Below, one piece after another: positions 48,533 through 55,699 of a stretch of 55,699 nucleotides of DNA. This DNA is from Bacteroidaceae bacterium (lineage in GTDB: Bacteria; Bacteroidota; Bacteroidia; Bacteroidales; Bacteroidaceae): positions 1 to 55,699 of the forward strand of contig CAAFRW010000234.1 in the NCBI GenBank assembly GCA_900765575.1, read 5' to 3'. Below the pieces are notes generated by a model that saw only the letters and a program-made list of their open reading frames with translations, had not been told where the DNA came from and did no database searches. Numbering within the stretch: the first letter of the stretch is position 1; each line of letters begins with the position of its first letter. Made by a program: the position numbers and the translations under genes.

Positions 48533-51500
48533 ATGAAACGATACCAAACGGTTAACAACCTGATGGGTTGGTTCACCTTTCTTATTGCAGCCATCGTCTA
48601 TTGTATGACGATTGAACCAACCGCAAGCTTTTGGGATTGCCCCGAGTTTATCACTACCGGATATAAATTAGAAGTCGGCCACCCGCCCGGTGCACCGTTC
48701 TTTATGCTTACAGCCAATCTGTTTTCGCAATTTGTAAGCGACCCGAGCCAAGTAGCCCGGATGGTGAATACCATGTCGGCCTTGTTGAGTGCAGGGTGTA
48801 TCCTGTTCCTTTTCTGGAGCATCACACATCTGGTACGCAAACTGATTTGTCCGGATATGGAACAAATGAACACCGGCAAACTGATTACCATTATAGGGTC
48901 CGGATTGGTAGGCGCACTGGCGTATACCTTTAGCGACACATTCTGGTTCAGTGCGGTAGAAGGTGAAGTTTACGCTTATTCCTCTCTGTTTACGGCCGTT
49001 GTATTCTGGCTGATATTGAAATGGGAAGATGTGGCAAACGAACCGCACAGCGACCGCTGGTTGATTCTTATCGCTTACCTGACCGGCCTTTCCATTGGTG
49101 TGCACTTGCTCAACCTGTTGTGTATTCCGGCCATCGTATTGGTTTACTATTATAAAAAGAATCCGAATGCCAACCTGAAAGGTTCTCTGCTGGCTTTAGC
49201 CGGTTCCATGGTGCTGGTAGCGGCCGTGCTTTACGGAATTGTACCGGGAGCCGTAAAAGTAGGCGGATGGTTCGAACTGTTGTTTGTCAACAGCCTCGGC
49301 ATGCCGTTCAATACGGGAGTCTTTGTCTACATCATTCTGCTGACCGCTTCCATTATCTGGGGCGTATACGAAAGCTATACCGAAAAGAGCCGCAAACGGA
49401 TGAACATTGCATTTGTCACCACCATCGCCCTGCTGGGTATTCCGTTCTACGGACACGGCACCAGCAGCGTTGTGATAGGTCTTATCATACTGGCCGTTTT
49501 ATTGCTTTACCTGTTCGGTAAGTTCGGCAAGAAGTTTATGGTAAGCGCCCGTACGCTGAATACGTCGTTGCTCTGTGTGATGATGATTATGGTTGGTTAT
49601 TCTTCTTATGCCCTGATTGTTATCCGCTCTACGGCCAACACGCCGATGGACCAGAACTCTCCGGAAGACATCTTTACTCTAGGAGAATATTTGGGACGCG
49701 AACAATACGGTACCCGTCCGCTTTTCTACGGACAAGCTTATTCTTCTAAAATAAAACTGAAAGCGGAAGGCAACTACTGTGTACCCGTATCGGTAGAAGG
49801 CGCACCGGTATACCAGCGCAAAGAAAAAGCGTCTCCCGATGAAAAGGACAGCTACGAAGTAGTACGTCATAAAACAGACTATGTGTATGCCCAAAATATG
49901 CTCTTCCCCCGTATGTACAGCGACCAGCATGCCAACATGAACGGCCACAACCTGTACGAAGAGTGGCTGGGAGGCGTGGAAGGTTACCAAGTGCCTTACG
50001 ACCAGTGCGGCGAAACGATAATGGTGAAGATGCCTACACAATGGGACAACATCAAGTTCTTCTTTACCTACCAATTGAATTACATGTACTTCCGCTACTT
50101 TATGTGGAACTTTGTAGGACGTCAGAACGATATTCAGGGAAATGGAGAAAGCACGAAAGGAAACTGGATAACAGGTATTCCGTTTATTGATAACCAAATG
50201 TTAGGCGACCAAACGCTCCTTCCGTCCGAACTGAGGGATAACAAGGGACATAACGTATTCTACTGTTTGCCACTGTTGCTGGGATTAATCGGCCTCTTCT
50301 GGCAAGCCTATAAAGGCGACCGGGGCATCCAGCAATTCTGGGTGGTGTTCTTCCTGTTCTTTATGACGGGTATTGCCATTGTACTCTACCTGAACCAGAC
50401 ACCTGCCCAACCTCGCGAACGTGACTACGCATACGCCGGTTCGTTCTATGCTTTTGCCATCTGGATAGGTATGGGTGTGGCCGGTATCGTACAGTTGTTA
50501 CGCAAGAAGATGGCCGATGTGCCTGCCGCCGCTCTGGCTACGGTGCTCTGTCTCTGCATCCCTATACAAATGGCCAGCCAAACTTGGGACGACCACGACC
50601 GTAGCGGACGCTACACTTGCCGCGACTTTGGACAGAACTATTTAATGAGTGTGCAGGAAGAGGGCAAACCGATTATCTATACAAACGGTGACAACGATAC
50701 CTTCCCGCTTTGGTATAATCAGGAGACAGAAGGTTTCCGTACCGACGTACGTGTATGTAACCTCAGTTACCTGCAAACCGACTGGTACATCGACCAAATG
50801 AGACGTCCGGCGTACGACTCTCCGTCTGTCCCCATTCTTTGGGACCGTATCGAATTTGTAGCCGGAGTAAACGAATACGTGCCAGTCCGTCCGGAAGCCA
50901 AAGCACAGATACTCGACCTGTATGCCAAGAATCCGGTAGCAGCCAAAGAAAGTTTTGGAGACGAACCGTTCGAGCTGAAGAACATCCTGAAATATTGGGT
51001 TCGCGCTAAGAATGAAGATTTGCACTTCATCCCTACCGACACCGTATATATCACGCTGGACAAAGAGGCCATCAAACGCTCAGGCATGATGATTCCCGAG
51101 GCTTTAAAAGACAGCCTCCCCGATAAAATGGCTATTCCATTGAAAAAGCGCGCTCTTTACAAGAGTGAGCTGATGATGCTGGAAATGTTAGCGAACACCA
51201 ACTGGGAACGTCCTATCTATATGGCAACCACTGTTGGAGAGGACAACCATCTGGGCTTAGGCCCGTTCTTCCTGCAAGAAGGGTTGGCATACCGCATCAC
51301 TCCGTTCAACTACCAGCAATTAGGCTATCCGCAAAGCATACGCGAAGGATATGCCATCGATACGGAAAAGATGTACGACAACATGATGAACAAGTTTAAG
51401 TTCGGAGGCATTGAGAATCCGGATGTCTACTTGGACGAAACCGTTTCCCGGATGTGCTATACACACCGCCGCATGTTCAGCCAGTTGATAACCCAATTGC

Positions 51501-51883
51501 TGAAAGAAGGCAAGAACGACAAAGCACTGAAAGCACTCGACTACTGCGAACAGGTAATTCCTAACGAAACCGTGCCACACGATTTCCAAAGTGGTTCCAT
51601 GACATTGGCCAAAGGATACATGCAGTTGGGCGAAACAGCGAAAGCCGAAAAGATTTTAGATGCGATTGCCAACAAATCGGTTGAATACATTACTTGGTAT
51701 CTGAGCCTCAACAACAGCAGGCTGAGAGAGAACCTCGAAGACTGTATGTATCACCTCTATCTGCTGGATGAGGTAAGCAAGAACCTGGCCGCCGGTCAAA
51801 GCAAGTCAGGTTTGGCGGAGCATTACAGCAAGAAGTTTGACGAATTGTACACCTTATATAAAGCACGTGTAACAGAACAATAG
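48533..51883 (+). CDS. DUF2723 / TMEM260-like membrane glycosyltransferase
   Basis: WDCPEFI, GHPPGAP, AVEGEVY, RERDYAY, GDNDTFPLWY; multiple TM segments. Confidence 0.88.
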   Translation: MKRYQTVNNLMGWFTFLIAAIVYCMTIEPTASFWDCPEFITTGYKLEVGHPPGAPFFMLTANLFSQFVSDPSQVARMVNTMSALLSAGCILFLFWSITHLVRKLICPDMEQMNTGKLITIIGSGLVGALAYTFSDTFWFSAVEGEVYAYSSLFTAVVFWLILKWEDVANEPHSDRWLILIAYLTGLSIGVHLLNLLCIPAIVLVYYYKKNPNANLKGSLLALAGSMVLVAAVLYGIVPGAVKVGGWFELLFVNSLGMPFNTGVFVYIILLTASIIWGVYESYTEKSRKRMNIAFVTTIALLGIPFYGHGTSSVVIGLIILAVLLLYLFGKFGKKFMVSARTLNTSLLCVMMIMVGYSSYALIVIRSTANTPMDQNSPEDIFTLGEYLGREQYGTRPLFYGQAYSSKIKLKAEGNYCVPVSVEGAPVYQRKEKASPDEKDSYEVVRHKTDYVYAQNMLFPRMYSDQHANMNGHNLYEEWLGGVEGYQVPYDQCGETIMVKMPTQWDNIKFFFTYQLNYMYFRYFMWNFVGRQNDIQGNGESTKGNWITGIPFIDNQMLGDQTLLPSELRDNKGHNVFYCLPLLLGLIGLFWQAYKGDRGIQQFWVVFFLFFMTGIAIVLYLNQTPAQPRERDYAYAGSFYAFAIWIGMGVAGIVQLLRKKMADVPAAALATVLCLCIPIQMASQTWDDHDRSGRYTCRDFGQNYLMSVQEEGKPIIYTNGDNDTFPLWYNQETEGFRTDVRVCNLSYLQTDWYIDQMRRPAYDSPSVPILWDRIEFVAGVNEYVPVRPEAKAQILDLYAKNPVAAKESFGDEPFELKNILKYWVRAKNEDLHFIPTDTVYITLDKEAIKRSGMMIPEALKDSLPDKMAIPLKKRALYKSELMMLEMLANTNWERPIYMATTVGEDNHLGLGPFFLQEGLAYRITPFNYQQLGYPQSIREGYAIDTEKMYDNMMNKFKFGGIENPDVYLDETVSRMCYTHRRMFSQLITQLLKEGKNDKALKALDYCEQVIPNETVPHDFQSGSMTLAKGYMQLGETAKAEKILDAIANKSVEYITWYLSLNNSRLRENLEDCMYHLYLLDEVSKNLAAGQSKSGLAEHYSKKFDELYTLYKARVTEQ

Positions 51884-51892
51884 AGAAACACA

Positions 51893-52504
51893 ATGTTTAT
51901 TGAACAACCACCCAAAATAGTGCGCTGGTTATATCCCGGCGCACTATGGAGAATGGACCCAAACGAGAAAGCCGTATATCTGACCTTCGACGACGGACCT
52001 ATACCGGACGTCACCCCTTGGGTGCTTAACTTATTGGACAAATACAACATCAAAGCCACCTTCTTTATGGTAGGGGACAACGTGCGCAAACATCCCATCG
52101 AATTCGAGATGGTGAAAGCGCGCGGGCACCGGCTTGGTAACCACACCTATAATCATCTGCGGGGATTCGAATACCTGACGAAGAACTATATGGCTAATGC
52201 GGAATTGGCTAACGAGAAACTTCAGACCAACCTGTTCAGGCCGCCTCACGGCCACATGCGCTGGTTGCAATACGAGGTATTGAAATGGAAGTACAAAATT
52301 GTGATGTGGGATTTGGTTACACGCGATTACAGTAAACACCTTAACGGAGAACAGGTGTTCGAAAAGGTAAAGCAATATGCCCGTAATGGTTCTATCATTA
52401 CCTTCCACGACTCCTTGAAATCCGAACAAAACCTGAAATATGCGTTACCGCGTTCCATCGAGTGGTTGCTCGAACAGGGGTATACGTTTAAGGTTTTCGA
52501 TTGA
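51893..52504 (+). CDS. Polysaccharide deacetylase (CE4/NodB)
   Basis: LTFDDGP, GNHTYNH, FRPPHG, ITFHD. Confidence 0.93.
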   Translation: MFIEQPPKIVRWLYPGALWRMDPNEKAVYLTFDDGPIPDVTPWVLNLLDKYNIKATFFMVGDNVRKHPIEFEMVKARGHRLGNHTYNHLRGFEYLTKNYMANAELANEKLQTNLFRPPHGHMRWLQYEVLKWKYKIVMWDLVTRDYSKHLNGEQVFEKVKQYARNGSIITFHDSLKSEQNLKYALPRSIEWLLEQGYTFKVFD

Positions 52505-52642
52505 CAAAAGGGACGCTCTTTTCCATTCTATTCCTTTTTCGGGAAACTATCCAATGGGGTGAAAGCTTCCTTACTAAAAAGAGAAAGCCCCAAAGAAAAG
52601 AATCTTTAGCGGAGCCGAAACTTTTGCAGCAAGGAGAGTCCT

Positions 52643-52791
52643 AAACGGAAACAAAGAAAGCCTGAACGGAAGCAAAAGGAGAGCCTAAACGGGAACAAAG
52701 AAAACCCGAACAGAAGCGAAAGAAGTCCGGATGGGAGCAAAGAAAGCCTGAACGGAAGCAAAAGGAGTCCGAACGGGTACAAAGAAAGCCC
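52643..52791 (+). repeat. Degenerate 21-bp tandem repeat, 7 copies (gaacggaagcaaagaaagcct)
   Basis: Units at 52643, 52664 (23 bp), 52687, 52708, 52729, 52750 and 52771. Confidence 0.85.
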
Positions 52792-52834
52792 GGATAAAAA
52801 CAAAACGGGAAACGCCTTCTCTTAAACAACTATC

Positions 52835-53770
52835 ATGAGCGAAACAACTGATAAAACAACCTATATCAAATCCGAAGCCTTGCGCCTCGGATTTGACGTA
52901 TGTGGCATCGCCCGTGCCGGAAAAGTCAGCGAAACCGTCCGCTCCGCTTTTCACGAATGGCTGGCAAAAGGAAAACAGGCCGACATGGCTTACATGGCCA
53001 ATTATACCGACAAGCGCCTCGACCCCCGGTTACTGCTGGAGAATGCACGGAGCATTGTCAGCGTAGCCCTGAACTATTATCCACGGGTTCCGCTAAAAAA
53101 AGAACAGTATCAGTTTGCGTGGTATGCTTACGGCAAAGATTACCACGACATAATGAAAAGCAAACTCAACACGCTGTTGGCAAATATCCGCCAACAGATT
53201 CCCGAAGCGAACGGAAGAGTCTTTTGCGATACGGCTCCTTTGCTGGAGCGTTATTGGGCTTGGCAAGCCGGACTCGGATGGATAGGAAAAAACACACAAC
53301 TCCTTATTCCGCAAGCCGGTTCCACCTTCTTTTTGGGCGAGATTTTACTGGACATCGAACTCGAATACGATACGCCTCGGCCGAGCCGTTGCGGAAATTG
53401 CACACGTTGTCTCGAAGCTTGCCCCACCCAAGCGCTGGAAGCCCCCTACCGACTGAATGCCGCTCATTGCCTCTCGTACCTGACCATTGAGAACCGGGGA
53501 GATATTCCCGAAGAGGCCGCCCGTAAAATGGGGAACTGTGTATATGGTTGCGACCGTTGTCAACAGGCTTGCCCATGGAACCGCTTTGCCCGCCCTACCC
53601 AAGAGCCGGAGCTCTCTCCTTCCGAAGCCTTTCTCCGCATGACTCCCGAAGAGTGGGATACGCTTTCTATCGAACAATACAGGGAACTGTTCAAAGGCTC
53701 GGCCGTAAAACGCGCCAAGTACGAAGGACTGATGCGGAACATCGGGAAGATACGAAAAGAAAAAGAATAA
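52835..53770 (+). CDS. queG: tRNA epoxyqueuosine(34) reductase
   Basis: YAYGKDYH, DTAPLLER, GWIGKN, CGNCTRCLEACP, CLSYLTIE, GCDRCQQACPWN. Confidence 0.95.
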   Translation: MSETTDKTTYIKSEALRLGFDVCGIARAGKVSETVRSAFHEWLAKGKQADMAYMANYTDKRLDPRLLLENARSIVSVALNYYPRVPLKKEQYQFAWYAYGKDYHDIMKSKLNTLLANIRQQIPEANGRVFCDTAPLLERYWAWQAGLGWIGKNTQLLIPQAGSTFFLGEILLDIELEYDTPRPSRCGNCTRCLEACPTQALEAPYRLNAAHCLSYLTIENRGDIPEEAARKMGNCVYGCDRCQQACPWNRFARPTQEPELSPSEAFLRMTPEEWDTLSIEQYRELFKGSAVKRAKYEGLMRNIGKIRKEKE

Positions 53771-53885
53771 CAGAAAGAGGATATAACATATTCTTTATCA
53801 GAAATGTTGCTTGTTTACCATTTTCTACCTACCTTTCCACCGTTAATCAAATAAATAAGACTTTAACATCAAATCATATCCTACT

Positions 53886-55699
53886 ATGAGAACCTTAGTA
53901 CTCAGCATCCTGCTCTTGTGCATAGGCACAATGCAAGCGCAGACCGTTATCGAAAACCCCACTTTTAAAGTACGTTCGGGCAGTATCAACAACATTACGA
54001 AGATAGAGATAACTCCGGAATGTACAAAGCTATATATTCACGCCATATTCCGTCCCGGTTGGTGGATTATGGTGGAAAAAGACCACTACTTGCAAGATGT
54101 GGCTACGGGAAAAACGTATCCTATTACAGGTGCCGAAGGTATCACTTTCAATAAGAAAACAACTATGCCCAAATCCGGAAGCATGGATTTCGTACTCCTA
54201 TTCGCTCCTCTTCCTAAAGGGACGCAAACCATCCATTGGATTACTCCGAACGATGCGGAAGGAAACTTCTACGACATCTCACTCAACACAAAGAAAAGTA
54301 AAACAAAGAAGACTCCATTCCAACAAATTCAAGGTAACTGGTTTACAAGAAGCGACCGCAACGATTGGGCTGTCGGATTCTACGACACCCTGGCCATTGT
54401 ACAAAACCGGATGTACACGTACAAAAACATCGAAATAAAGGATGCAAGACACATGCAGATTACGCTGAAAGACAAAGAGAACGGCAATATAAGGAAGGCT
54501 TCCATTTTAATTCCAAAAGAAGGATATTGTGATTTGGTACATGAGCTCGGAATGCAACAACAACTAACACGAACGGAAATTCCCGAGAAAGTGATGGCGG
54601 AAGAAGACAACTTTACCCGTTTCATCCGTCCGGGCAAGGCTTGCATACAAGGCTATATCGACGGATACGACACCCGGCTGGAATTAAAGTCCGGTATGAT
54701 TTATCTATCGAATACGGTAACACGCGAAGATTATCCCACAGTAGTAATCATCCGTCCGGACGGTAGCTTCCGGTGCGAGTTCGACCTGGAGCATCCCATA
54801 GAGGAAAACCTTATTTTTGACAGAAACTATATCCCGTTCTACATAGAGCCCGGACAAACGCTCACCCTCTACATCAACTGGGAAGATATACTGAACTATA
54901 GCCGGAAACGCGACAGCAACGCTTCGATTGAAAACATACAGTATATGGGACCGTCGGCCGAAATATCCGTCATCCTGAAAACACAAGCCTCTCTATTTTC
55001 CAATGTCTTCAAAGACAGAATACCCGATTTGCAGAAAAGGTTCACTCCCGAGCAGTTCCAACTCTATATGCAACCCCGCATCGCGCAATGGACACAAATC
55101 ACGGACTCCTTGTGCAATCTTCATAAGCATTCGCGCAAGGCTGTGCATCTGATGCGTAACAAACTAAAAATAGAAGAAGCCTACACCCTGCTCGACTTCT
55201 TATCTTTTAGAAGTTATTATGCCAAAGATAACCCCGACAACCAAGCGTTGCAGGCCAAAGAAGAGCCCTCTTACTATGATTTCCTGAAAGAGTTTCCGTT
55301 GAATGACGAAACGATATTGGCCGACGAGCGAATGGATATTTTTATTAACCGGTTCGAATACATGTCGCCACTGGAAAAGATATACCAAACAAACTCTACC
55401 ATCACCCTGCCGGACAGCATCCGGTTTACTTATCCGAAAAAGGGAGTGCTTAGCTTCCTCAAAGAAAAAGGAGTGAAACTGACTCCTACCCAGGAGAAGA
55501 TGTGCCAACGGGACGAGCTGCTGGCCGGACACACGGTTACCATTGCCCCCAAAGACCTGATTGCGGAGCAGAAACTGCTGGAAGAGCTTTTCAAAAAGGA
55601 AGAGGCGCTGGTGAAAGAATATGCTGAGCAAGTGCAAACGGAAATAAAGCAAGTGCAAGCGGAAATAAAGAAAGAAAAAGAGGAAGATATAAAGAGAGA
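53886..55699 (+). CDS. Exported protein, partial (runs off the window); N-terminus resembles large Bacteroidales TlpA-type proteins
   Basis: ATG 53886 MRTLVLSILLLCIGTMQA|QTVIENP; same frame reads ...YAEQVQTEIKQVQAEIKK at the window end; presumably missing from the ORF track because it has no stop; no CxxC domain seen in the window. Confidence 0.75.
   Translation, partial: MRTLVLSILLLCIGTMQAQTVIENPTFKVRSGSINNITKIEITPECTKLYIHAIFRPGWWIMVEKDHYLQDVATGKTYPITGAEGITFNKKTTMPKSGSMDFVLLFAPLPKGTQTIHWITPNDAEGNFYDISLNTKKSKTKKTPFQQIQGNWFTRSDRNDWAVGFYDTLAIVQNRMYTYKNIEIKDARHMQITLKDKENGNIRKASILIPKEGYCDLVHELGMQQQLTRTEIPEKVMAEEDNFTRFIRPGKACIQGYIDGYDTRLELKSGMIYLSNTVTREDYPTVVIIRPDGSFRCEFDLEHPIEENLIFDRNYIPFYIEPGQTLTLYINWEDILNYSRKRDSNASIENIQYMGPSAEISVILKTQASLFSNVFKDRIPDLQKRFTPEQFQLYMQPRIAQWTQITDSLCNLHKHSRKAVHLMRNKLKIEEAYTLLDFLSFRSYYAKDNPDNQALQAKEEPSYYDFLKEFPLNDETILADERMDIFINRFEYMSPLEKIYQTNSTITLPDSIRFTYPKKGVLSFLKEKGVKLTPTQEKMCQRDELLAGHTVTIAPKDLIAEQKLLEELFKKEEALVKEYAEQVQTEIKQVQAEIKKEKEEDIKR

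Overview
Bacteroidales (Bacteroides/Phocaeicola-like) chromosomal window, inferred from SusC/SusD genes, TAnnTTTG promoters and Gln+1 signal peptides. Left (0.1-18 kb): a GH31 glycosidase broken by one in-frame TAG, a DUF4251 protein, and an ECF-sigma/FecR-controlled SusC/SusD/lipoprotein/GH3/TlpA locus whose susC is frameshifted at a G9 tract. Middle: core genes (DUF3108, Ig-like lipoprotein, GH3-auxin-family ligase, pfkA), then an accessory block (~23.5-35.5 kb). That block holds a membrane-anchored TIR protein, a small exported Cys/Lys-rich protein, 22-bp repeat arrays, and a four-gene operon with two TPR-CHAT caspase-like proteases and two unknown proteins, all four with signal peptides. 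This operon is the best candidate for an undescribed system (an extracytoplasmic caspase-like proteolytic cascade); novelty and function are unverified. Right (35.5-55.7 kb): housekeeping run (lytic transglycosylase, cysE, THUMP methyltransferase, S9 peptidase, purD, membrane proteins, mnmD, ZnuA/C-like, DUF2723, CE4 deacetylase, queG) and an exported-protein gene that runs off the window. No rRNA, tRNA, CRISPR, transposase or integrase recognised. All family calls are by eye, without database searches.
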